From NCBI GenBank assembly GCA_965644495.1, contig CBFFSA010000012.1:124001-188000 (forward strand): a stretch of DNA of 64,000 nt. Direction: 5' to 3'. Both the position numbers and the translations under genes were made by a program. Source of the stretch: Perkinsela sp. CCAP 1560/9. Lineage: Eukaryota; Protista; Euglenozoa: Kinetoplastea. Positions 54,393-64,000 of this stretch are shown in pieces. The notes under the pieces are model-generated. The model was not told the DNA's origin and made no database searches. It saw nothing but the letters and a program-made list of their open reading frames with translations. Every line of letters begins with the position of its first letter. The stretch's first letter is position 1.

Positions 54393-55016
54393 ATGCCTTT
54401 AATACTTACACTCCTGTCGTCGGATACACAGCCGACTGTACGTGCAGGTAAGGTTACCGGAGCTTCACTACCAGTGGAATATAGTTTGGAGCGAGTCGTA
54501 CAGAAAGTAGAAAGTCATCACTCTACCTGGAGTACGAATACACCAGCGTGTGAATGGAAACATATCGATTGCGATAAATCTGGCAATGTAGTCGATCTGC
54601 AGTGGTCGCATTTACACCTTCGTGGTGAGCTGAATCTGAAATATTTTCCCGTCACATTGGTGGATCTATTTCCTCATCAAAATGAACTTTCGGGAAATTT
54701 CCCTTTCGAAACATTGCCTCCAACATTGCAAACGATCTCTTTATCTAGCAACCAATTTACGGGCACCCCGAATCTGTGTAATCTCCCGCCAATGCTAGAA
54801 TACTTGTCTATGGGTAGGAACAGATTTGAAGGCAATGCAGATTTTTCTTCACTCCCGCTTACTTTGAGGGAATTATATTTGAATTCTAACGAAAAATTGG
54901 AAGGTTACTTGGACGTAGATGGCGTACTCAAGAATTTGTGCTACAACGTTGAAAAGACGAGAATTACGGTCAGTAATGGAAAAATACATGTAAGAAGAGT
55001 AATATGGTTCACCTAA
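54393..55016 (+). CDS. Leucine-rich repeat protein
   Basis: RAGKVTGASLPVEYSL leader, PACEWKHIDC cap, LRRs. Confidence 0.85.
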   Translation: MPLILTLLSSDTQPTVRAGKVTGASLPVEYSLERVVQKVESHHSTWSTNTPACEWKHIDCDKSGNVVDLQWSHLHLRGELNLKYFPVTLVDLFPHQNELSGNFPFETLPPTLQTISLSSNQFTGTPNLCNLPPMLEYLSMGRNRFEGNADFSSLPLTLRELYLNSNEKLEGYLDVDGVLKNLCYNVEKTRITVSNGKIHVRRVIWFT

Positions 55017-55229
55017 ACGTTTGTACGAAAGTATTCCCCTTTTAATTAATTTTTATAAATGGGTTATTTAGGGGCATTTATAAAAATATATTATTTATAA
55101 AAAAAAAAAAAATTATACATCAAAAATCGATAAAGTACAGTAAACGTCACTATTCTCAGAATGCCCAGTTGTACCGGAGTCCGGCCACCATGTACCGGAG
55201 TCTAGCTGCGGTCTCCCATTCGGGGTCCC

Positions 55230-56000
55230 GCATGTAGTACTCCGGCCTATTTGGCCACGCATTCATCCACTTGGTCGAGTGGATGTTCTGGATCAGGCCG
55301 AGTACAGGTCCGGGTGGCGGGTAGCCACCTTGCACTTAGCCGTGTTGAGCTTTAGGCCCATAAACTTGATTTCCTCTTCCTCGGGTTCCGCGACTATGGT
55401 TATATCGTCGAGATATGCCCATAGCTTAAGGCAACCCGAGTATTTGGCCGCCACGGCCGAGATGGCCCCCTGAATCCCTAAGGCGAACAGGATGGGCGCC
55501 ATCGGATCCCCTTGTTTGACCCCCCGGGAACTAGGGATATACATGTATATCCCCTCCCCCAGGTGGAGTTTACTAGGGGTCCCGTACCCGAAAAGGGGGA
55601 TCCCTATCATAGGGGATAGGTTAGGGTACCTTTTTAATGCGCGGAATATGGCCGCGCGTGAAACGCTGTTAAACGCATTTTCCAAGTGGGCCGCCACGAC
55701 CACCTCGTCGGGCCTGTCACGGAAGTGATCTCTCACCTCGTAAATGACGTGCTCACAGCCTTGGGTGTAGTGAGCTCCAAATTGGAGGCTCTGAAACACT
55801 GCTGGGAGATGGTCTCTGACCTGTTCGAGGTCCAGTCGGGTCCCTCGGGTCATCCTCCTGCAGGATGGGGACCAGGAGTTCCTTGGTCCATCCGGACGGG
55901 CCTGGCGCTCTAAGCGGGGCCAGGCTTGTTGCCTTCCGGGCAACACTGTCAGCGACTGCTATCGACCTCCAGCGACTGTCTACATACTCTCCAATACTGA
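55230..56000 (-). pseudogene. Reverse transcriptase remnant, CRE/SLACS-like non-LTR
   Basis: APGPSGWTKELL, LENAFNSVSR, SRGVKQGDPMAPILFAL, AYLDDITI, GLKLNTAKC; with deletions and frameshifts. Confidence 0.85.
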
Positions 56001-56640
56001 CACACGTAATCCGATCCCTCACGGCCTTCACCCCTGCTTCATTCCACCCATGCACCTTTTCACCCGTACCTGCGATCCATCTATCCTTGACCTTTTCACC
56101 AATTTTAGTTTTTACCCAATGTACAGTGCTCGCAAAAATTAGTAAAACTTTTATTGTAAAATAATAAAAAAGTTTTACTAATTAAAAATTCACTAATTTT
56201 TGTTTTACTAATTTTTGCACTGCCCCCAAAAAATTTGCCAACTTGATAAAATCAATTTTTACAGAAACGGTATTTCTGTCGTTTGAGTAGGTTGTCTCCT
56301 CTAAGGTCGGCGTTAGTACCATCTGCAAAATGGTAATGCTAGGGAAGGCCGCGAGGAGGTCCCGACCATGCTTCCCCATGCTTTATCCCATATTCCCATG
56401 CTTTATTAGAAGAGGAGTAATGGTCCACGAGAAGCATGCGATGCGACGGCTTTACCTTCCCAGGTGGTGAATAGCCATCTCTCTGGAAGGGAAACCGTGA
56501 GGTTCGCTACCGTAGACGTTTCTGAGGCGTTAATTTTTTTAAATACTGTAAACATACTTTTTCTAACATATTTTCAATCATTTGCTTTCAAACATTTGCT
56601 TTCAATCTACATTTATACTGCGTATTACCCAGCACTTTTT

Positions 56641-57263
56641 ATGCCTCTAGTACTTGCACTCCTGACGTCGGATACACAACCGACTGTACGTCCGGGTAAG
56701 GTTACCGGAGCGTCACTACCAGTGGAACATAATTTAATGCGACTCATACATAATGTGGAAAACCATCCCATTATCCCTCTAGTTGGAGTACGAATACACC
56801 AGCGTGTGAATGGGGTTATATGGTATGCGATCGATTAGATACTGTAGTCAATCTACAGTGGTCGCGTTTAAAACTTCGTCGTGAACTGAATCTGAAATAT
56901 TTTCCCGTCACATTGGTGGCTCTATATCTTCATAAAAATGAACTTTCGGGAAATTTCCTTTTCGAGGCATTGCCTCCAGCATTACAAACGGTTGCTTTAT
57001 CTAACAACCAATTTACGGGCACCCCGAACCTGTGTAATCTCCCGCCCACGCTAGAATACTTGTCAATCAGTAACAACAGATTTGAAGGCAATGTAGATTT
57101 TTCTTCTCTCCCGCTAACCTTGAGGGAATTATATTTGAATTCAAATAAAAATTTGGAAGGTTACTTGGATGTAGATGGCGCACTGAAGAATTTGTGCTAC
57201 AATGTTGACGAGACGAGAATTACAGCAAGTAATGGAATAGTAATAAAGGCTTTATTACTATAG
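56641..57263 (+). pseudogene. Frameshifted tandem paralog of LRR 54393
   Basis: High identity to 54393-54985; ~8 extra bases near 56770 shift the frame. Confidence 0.8.
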
Positions 57264-57451
57264 CTTACTAGCTTTAAAAGCTAACCAAGAAAACTAAAGC
57301 TAACTTCAAATTGTTTTAAAGTTCTTTTATTACAATATTGGCATATTTTTCGTGTCCATTATAAATGTTTGGGCTGTTTTATATCCGTAGGTGCATGTCT
57401 TCAGCATGCAGTGTAGACCTCATTGGGGTAGGGAAAAAAATTCTAGGCAAA

Positions 57452-57624
57452 CAGGGTAAAGTGGACGAGGGAGATACCAATAGTGTATGTGCGGCAGTTT
57501 CCACAGGACAAACGGCATCTCTGCCTTCTTAAGCGCTTGTCTTCATGCAATAAGGGAGATACCGTTTTTTGTGTGAAAGCTGCCGTCGTACACTATTGGT
57601 ATCTCCCTCGTCAACTTTACCCTG
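57452..57624. mobile_element. Small MITE with 36-bp TIRs (CAGGG ends)
   Basis: CAGGGTAAAGTGGACGAGGGAGATACCAATAGTGTA vs its reverse complement at 57589-57624, one mismatch; no TSD seen. Confidence 0.65.
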
Positions 57625-58360
57625 GGTTACATAGTAAAAACATGTTCCCTAGGACCGCTTACAGCTTCCCACGCGAGAAAGTCGTCGTCGCCACGGCAAA
57701 AAGACAGAAGGCTCCGCCTGCTGCTTTTTGCCTTGCGCCTCCTCCTTCCTCTACGGTCTTGCGTATTCCGAACAAGTTGAAAAAAGCATATGTGACAAAA
57801 TGGGGTTTGCTAATCGCTTCCGAAGAAGGGGGTCTCGAGTGGTCCAAAAGGTGCGTTTTTTTTTGGTTTTTTGCGAAAAGAACTTCCGGAAATCTTTTTA
57901 CCGGGCCAAATTTTATTAATATGGGATAGCGAGGGAATAGTATCTCCATCAATAAAGATACCGTTTATATAATTCCATGCTCTCACCTTTTCACGAAAAG
58001 GAGTGACTGGTAATTAGGGGGTACACTATTATTTATAAAAAACTTGACTTTTCACTTTTTACAAAAGGGCGAACTTTTGCAATCAGGGGGCACCAGGGGT
58101 CCATATGAAAAAAGGCGGCGATCGTCTTTGCTAGGGAAGCGAGATCTCTCGTCTGCAAATGAACAAAAAAATATAAAAATGTTGATGGGTTCCTTTATAA
58201 TTCCGTGCATGTGGCGGGACTTCCTCATTTTAAAAACTCATTCATGCTTTTGCTTTGCACCATTTCTTATTTCACCCTTTTCTCAAACCATTTTAGTCTT
58301 CTTTTCCTTCTCGTTTTTCCCCCTCCCTCTCCTTTCCCCTTCCTCTCCCTTCTTTCTTCC

Positions 58361-59263
58361 ATGTTCCCGCCCTTCCGGCTCATTTTCCTCCTCCTCCTCT
58401 CCCCTCTCCTCTCCCCCTCCCTTCCCCTCCTCTCCTCCGAGGTCCCTCTCCGGCCCCTACGCTCTTCTCCCCACCTCGACCCCACACCACACGAGGCGAC
58501 TCAACTGCTTGGTTTCGCCCAGCACGTACGCAACCGCCCCGACAACTGGAACCTGCAAACCCCGCTGTGCTCCTGGGAGGGGATCCAGTGTGACCCCGAG
58601 GGAAACGTGCGGGTGCTCTCCGGACGTAACTGGCACGGGAGTTTGGTCTGGTCCGCTCTGCCACGGAGTGTCACCCGGGTCTTTCTCCCGCAGGATTTCA
58701 TACCGAAGGAGGCGGAAAATCGAACCTCGGGGATTCGGTTTCCTAAATTAACCGGACCCCTCGCGCTGCAGCATCTCTCCCCGCTCTGTGAGGTGGTTGA
58801 TTTCACCAAACAGCGGTTTACGGGGGGGTTGCGGATGACCAGTTTGCCTTTGGGGTTGAAGGCATTGTATTTGTCGGATAACGCCCTGCAAGGGGAGTTA
58901 GCGTTGGAAGCGTTGCCTCCGCAGTTGGAGGTATTGGATCTTACAAAAAATAAGTTTCAAGGGGAGTTGAGGCTGGGGAAGCTTCCGTGGGCGTTGCAGA
59001 TGCTGTGGTTGAGAGGTAATTTTTTGCGCACCCCCTCGAGAGGGGTGGTGGATTTTATGTATCTCCCGGAAAATATGCGTAGTCTGGATGTAAGTTACAA
59101 TCAGTTGAGTGGGTGCGCGGACTTACGTCGGCTCCCCGTTAAATGCAAAATTAATCTATCGCACAACTTTTTTAGTAAATTCTTACCGTTACACTTTGAA
59201 TCAAGTAATGTAAGGTTAGATTACCAGCTTCCTAGAATATTCCGTTGTGATTTATTCTCGTAA
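58361..59263 (+). CDS. Leucine-rich repeat protein with probable signal peptide
   Basis: MFPPFRLIFLLLLSPLLSPS leader, WNLQTPLCSWEGIQC cap, LRRs; upstream in-frame starts also exist. Confidence 0.8.
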   Translation: MFPPFRLIFLLLLSPLLSPSLPLLSSEVPLRPLRSSPHLDPTPHEATQLLGFAQHVRNRPDNWNLQTPLCSWEGIQCDPEGNVRVLSGRNWHGSLVWSALPRSVTRVFLPQDFIPKEAENRTSGIRFPKLTGPLALQHLSPLCEVVDFTKQRFTGGLRMTSLPLGLKALYLSDNALQGELALEALPPQLEVLDLTKNKFQGELRLGKLPWALQMLWLRGNFLRTPSRGVVDFMYLPENMRSLDVSYNQLSGCADLRRLPVKCKINLSHNFFSKFLPLHFESSNVRLDYQLPRIFRCDLFS

Positions 59264-59522
59264 TTTATGTGGTGCTGGAATCTTTGCCCTCCGCTATTGG
59301 GCATGAGTGTTTATAAACACTTGATATGCACCTTCAAGAGGAAATCACAACAATACAAAAGAGGGCTCCTTCGAGGGCGATGAGCTTGTGTACACCTTTA
59401 TGCAAAGATAAAATAAGAATAAAGACGGGATTAAAAGCAAGAAATTGCGCTCTAAAGTTGTACTGGAAAGGAGAAACATGAAAACTTAGGTTATTTTCTT
59501 AATTTATGATTACTCTCACCTC

Positions 59523-62500
59523 ATGATTCCGCGTTTTCTGTACAACCGCGCCAACTGTTTTCTAAATCAGGCTGGAAAAGATTACCAAGATTTTTTTCTT
59601 GAATCACTTAGTTCACTTCACAGTGTAATCACGTCTCAACGCGATTCATTTTTGTCGACTAGGCGAAGTATGCATGTTGGACTCTCCTTTCAACGTGGTA
59701 AAGATAATGCAATCGGTGGTTCACGTCCGGTACGTCACCCATCTCCTGTTCAAGTTAAATATCAAAAAAGCAGCACCTTCAAGGAAAGTGACTTTGCATC
59801 TTCTGAAGATACAACAGATCACAAGAAAGGGAATACAGAGACAGCACTGTCTTTTTCCGTCTATCGGCCGACTGACTCGTGTGCCTACTCCAGTCTCCTT
59901 GATCAAATTCGAAAGACCGGACGAAAGGGCCACGCCCCGAATCTTTTACAGGAACTTCGAAGCGCTCCCTATGCCCCTGGGTGCATTGTGCAAGTCGTAC
60001 GTGACGTACAAAATGCCGGAATAGAGCTCACACAACAAGAGGCGCTCTACGCCCTAGAGTTACCTGAGAAAGTTCCTACCGAATCCTTCCCCAACTCCGA
60101 GACCTCCGATAACACAACTCCATCGAAACTACAGCAATTATGGACCGACCCCATAACGAACTTCGACCCCTCCGAATCCGATACCGAGACCACCCTCGAT
60201 GACACCCCGGACCAACTCTGGTCCTGTCTCCCTCCCTCTCTTCAAGCCACCTTCCCGGTGCAGTACGCCTACCTGCGACGAACCTCCAATGTGTTTGGAA
60301 ACCTCTCCGCGTTACAACAAGCGCTGGAGACCCACCCAGGCCTTGTCACCAGTGAGATGGTCGCGAGCTCGATTGCGTTATGTGCAAACACCGACGAGCC
60401 GTTCGCGACCGCCGCCCAGGTTTTATACTGGTACCCCGGTCCCCTCACGGAGTCCATCCTCACCTCCCTGTGTACCACCGTACGACGGGAGAGTGAGCTT
60501 AAATTTGTGCTCGAGCTGATTGAAAAAGGGGTTGAAATGCCGGTGGTAGACGAATCTAACACCGAGGTGTCGTCTGATGAGGGGATGACACATCCACAAC
60601 CCCGAAACACAGAGCTTTGCTCCCTGTCTTCTTCTTCTACTCCTGCATCTTCCTCCTCAAATTTGATGACGAAAACAGATGTGAAAACAATAAATATTAC
60701 GAAAATAACAACAAATAGTGCGAAAACAACCACAAATAGTGCGAAAACAACCACAAATCTTACGAAAACAACCACAAACAGAAGCATAACAACCATGACC
60801 CCCCCTCTCCTCTCCGCTCTCCTCTTTGCTTGTTCCCAATCCACCGACTACCCCCACCGTCTCTCCCTCGCGACGGCCTTATACCGGCAAGCCCGGGATG
60901 AGCTCCACCTCCCCATTACCGCTGCGATGTATGAGTCCCTCATGCATACCGCAGCGAGCCTCGGGGACGTCCACCAGCAACACAGCTTCTTTGTGGAAGC
61001 CCAGGAGAAGGTAAAGGAGGAGCGTTTGAACGCTTGTCGTAATAAAGATAAAAGGGGAAACGCTTTAGACTTTGGTCATAAAGAAAAAGAGGAAAGCTCT
61101 TTGAGCTCTATTGATAAAGAAAAAGAGGGAAACTCTTTAAACATTAAGAATAAAGAAAAAGAGGGATTCTCTTTGAACTTTAGTGATAAAGAGAATGAGG
61201 AAAGCTCTGTAAACTCTTATGGTAAAGAGAACAGGGGAATCACAGCAAAGGTTCGATTGTCCCCTCGAGCCTACGCCTCTCACGTACTCGCCCTGGTAAA
61301 TGGGGGGTACGTGGGGGATGGGATTGCGGTACTGCGGGTGTTACGACAACAAGGGATAATGGTGCCGTTGTCGGTTTACCCCTATGTTTTGGGGAAATGC
61401 GCGGGGCGAGCATCGTCCGCTCGAAGGTTTTGTCGCTCCATCGTGAACCCGTTTGAGGGGATGGACAATCCCGGGAGTGCGCAGTGGGTGGCGATCCAGG
61501 CGGTGCTGGGGGAGATGAGAGAAAGGGGTGTGGCGATGGGGAGTAAAACCACCACGATGGCGGTGTTAGGGGCCTATGCGGGGCTTTGTGGGGCTGTTTC
61601 GGGGGTGGACGCGATGGTGGAGTGGTTGGAGAACTACCCCAGGGTAGCGAACCGGGTAAAACAAGGCGATCAGGGGCTGCGATTGGCACTCTCCCATGTG
61701 TTTGAGAGTTGTGGCACCGTGGCGTTGCATCCAACAACAAAAGGGGGTGATGGTTTTGGGGTTCAAAAGTGTGTGCAACCGTTCGAAATGCTGCGAAATA
61801 CCAAAATTGGGAATACAAAATCGGGCGCCTATGCGGAACAATGTGTAGCAAAGTCTTTGCGTACGCTGCCCGTGTTTTATTTACCCTCTGATGAGGAGAG
61901 CTGGGTACGATTGGCGGAACAAACGATCTGGGAGCTCTATTTCGGGGAAACCGGTGTCTTGTCCAGTGTTTCTCATTTGATGAAAGAACAACCTTGGGGA
62001 ATGCAGCAAGATTCGAGGAATACCTCTTTGAGTGCAAAAAATGATACCAACTCTGTAGGCGAATATTTCCGTGTTGCGTTGCCTCTACAACGTTCACCCC
62101 AATTAATGGGTCGAGCTCTCGTGCTTACGCCTTTAGCATTAGAGAGCACACAGGCAGCTCGAATGTTTATGTATGGTGAGAATCGCCCCGAGGCCCATAC
62201 CAACCTGACACAGAAAGCAGGAAACAACGATACGGAGAGGGGTATGAGCAGTAGTAACCCCTCGTATCGTGGTTCGCCCGTGGAAAGCTATCGCAGGTTG
62301 TTTCGAAGAAGATCTACCAGCCGTAGTGCAGGGACTTCCCCTTCGGCGGGTTTGTACGATATTTTAGTTTTACCCTATACTGTTTTGGCCGAGTTGGCAC
62401 GTAAGTTTCAAGGAAGCCATAATTTGCATCGCCCGGCTTCCTCATACGGTTCGCGAGGAAATACTCATGCTGGATTTCCTCTTCCCATAGAACAAATGTT

Positions 62501-62744
62501 GTGTACGCTGCTCCGGCATGCCCCGCAAGTTTGGTGTCTGACGCTTCAGGAGGAGATGATTCTACGATCTGCTTTTCAAGCAGGAGCTCCGCGAACCACG
62601 CTGGAAAGCGTGCTGCGAGTGACACAAAGTTTAAGCCGACTCGGCTCGCGCGCAGGGCTGTTTTGCGGTTTTGTACAGGGGAAAAATGTTTCACGTTTGG
62701 AAAAGGAATTAAAAACACGTGAATTAAATTGTGATATAGTTTAG
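59523..62744 (+). CDS. Large helical-repeat protein, PPR-like
   Basis: MYESLMHTAASLGD and AYASHVLALVNGGYVGDGIAVLRVLRQQGI..VYPYVLGKC resemble PPR motifs; contains in-frame minisatellites. Confidence 0.5.
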   Translation: MIPRFLYNRANCFLNQAGKDYQDFFLESLSSLHSVITSQRDSFLSTRRSMHVGLSFQRGKDNAIGGSRPVRHPSPVQVKYQKSSTFKESDFASSEDTTDHKKGNTETALSFSVYRPTDSCAYSSLLDQIRKTGRKGHAPNLLQELRSAPYAPGCIVQVVRDVQNAGIELTQQEALYALELPEKVPTESFPNSETSDNTTPSKLQQLWTDPITNFDPSESDTETTLDDTPDQLWSCLPPSLQATFPVQYAYLRRTSNVFGNLSALQQALETHPGLVTSEMVASSIALCANTDEPFATAAQVLYWYPGPLTESILTSLCTTVRRESELKFVLELIEKGVEMPVVDESNTEVSSDEGMTHPQPRNTELCSLSSSSTPASSSSNLMTKTDVKTINITKITTNSAKTTTNSAKTTTNLTKTTTNRSITTMTPPLLSALLFACSQSTDYPHRLSLATALYRQARDELHLPITAAMYESLMHTAASLGDVHQQHSFFVEAQEKVKEERLNACRNKDKRGNALDFGHKEKEESSLSSIDKEKEGNSLNIKNKEKEGFSLNFSDKENEESSVNSYGKENRGITAKVRLSPRAYASHVLALVNGGYVGDGIAVLRVLRQQGIMVPLSVYPYVLGKCAGRASSARRFCRSIVNPFEGMDNPGSAQWVAIQAVLGEMRERGVAMGSKTTTMAVLGAYAGLCGAVSGVDAMVEWLENYPRVANRVKQGDQGLRLALSHVFESCGTVALHPTTKGGDGFGVQKCVQPFEMLRNTKIGNTKSGAYAEQCVAKSLRTLPVFYLPSDEESWVRLAEQTIWELYFGETGVLSSVSHLMKEQPWGMQQDSRNTSLSAKNDTNSVGEYFRVALPLQRSPQLMGRALVLTPLALESTQAARMFMYGENRPEAHTNLTQKAGNNDTERGMSSSNPSYRGSPVESYRRLFRRRSTSRSAGTSPSAGLYDILVLPYTVLAELARKFQGSHNLHRPASSYGSRGNTHAGFPLPIEQMLCTLLRHAPQVWCLTLQEEMILRSAFQAGAPRTTLESVLRVTQSLSRLGSRAGLFCGFVQGKNVSRLEKELKTRELNCDIV

Positions 62745-64000
62745 TTCCGATCAATGATTATATCTTTCGCGGGTCCGGACCTGGGTCCAAAGACCCGCAC
62801 GAACCCGCCTTGCGAAACAAATTGTGATCTACCATGCAAATTTTCATTGCTAAGGAAAGGACATGAAGTACATTTCCGTTTTGTTTAAAGGGCAGTTATA
62901 CTCTCCATCTCCTAATCAATATCTTATCCTTTAGCAAATACAGTAAAATGACTCTTGACTCAACAGATCCAAAGCGCGAAATTCTCCCACAAAGAACATT
63001 CGTGCGCTCGTCTCAACATTTAATGACGGAAAAATTCTGAAATTCAATCACTTCAAACGACTTTCAAAGAATGCAACCACTTCACGATCATCTTGGCGGA
63101 AGCGTCGTGCGTTGCGCTTAGATGTACCAACGTCGAAGGAACGGCGTAAGTTGGTGTGCAGATCGGTCAGATCTCTAGTCCGCAGGATATCGATAAAGAT
63201 AGAATACGTCGAGAGTTCTAGTGGCTCGAAAATACTCACCGCTACGGGCTGGGAGTGTTCCACTTGTGGGTGTTGGAAGCATGCGTTAATAATTCGAATG
63301 TACTTACTAGCCCCCCTATTTAGTAGGGCACCGGTTTTGGTGGAAATGCCCTAATAAGGGGGGGGGGGGGAGTAATTAAGGAGATTAATATAAAATAACG
63401 CACACGAACTTACTTATTGAAACGAACGTATAAAAACAAACATATAGAAACATCGTAGGTCGAAGTCTACATCAAAATCGGATAGCGCACTCGAATTTAT
63501 AACGATACATACATGTATTACTCCCCCCTTCACAATTCTTTATAGGGTCGAGCCCAAAATGATTCATGGTTTTATATAAATTTATATAAATCTTTGAAAC
63601 GCCTGAAAAACGCTAAAAGAGCAGGGTAAAAAACGGAGCGTATTTCTCATTCTCATTAGCGTATCAAATGCATATCTTAAATTTTCTTTTTTAGACATTA
63701 CGCAGTCTAATAGTTTTAGAAACTTTTTTTCGGTTCTTTGCTTCGGTCCTCTTGTTTTATCAAATTCATCAATGTGGTCAAATGTGTGTGACTTTACATA
63801 TCAAATTCGGTCACCTATTCATACAAACACCCCATGAAAGCGCATAAGAACTAGTAGAACTAATGATCATAATTTATATAAATATTTTTATAAGTAAATC
63901 CATCTCGGTACCAAACACTTATAAAGCTTTATATAATAAAGCTTTAAAATAAAATTTATAAATATAAATCGCCGAAACACTTACAGTTTATATTTATAAA

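Overview
Eukaryotic, intron-less, transposon-rich DNA. It is most consistent with a kinetoplastid-like protist (inference). Every recognisable host gene is on the + strand, as in a polycistronic cluster, and a spliced-leader (SL)-like exon is present. Host genes: transportin/karyopherin-beta2, an M24B Xaa-Pro aminopeptidase, a malate-dehydrogenase-like pseudoenzyme, an RPB4-like subunit, a probable FG-rich nucleoporin, a Cgr1/CCDC86-like protein, a PPR-like protein, a tandem-HTH protein, and about 11 members (3 pseudogenes) of an LRRNT+LRR family. Mobile DNA: an intact pogo-like DD35D element, Tc1 DD34E, PIF/Harbinger and Merlin-like transposase ORFs, CRE-like RT and RLE remnants, a gag-like remnant, many TA-flanked MITEs, and about 9 copies of a hairpin-ended Helentron/HINE-like element. 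All transposon ORFs are antisense to the host genes. Three signals stand out. (1) A ~1.13 kb insertion with no TSD, in an LRR gene, made of two head-to-tail monomers that each start with an SL-like exon and show covarying stem-loops. (2) Recurrent C-rich to G-rich skew-switch domains inside conserved genes. (3) The hairpin-ended repeat family.
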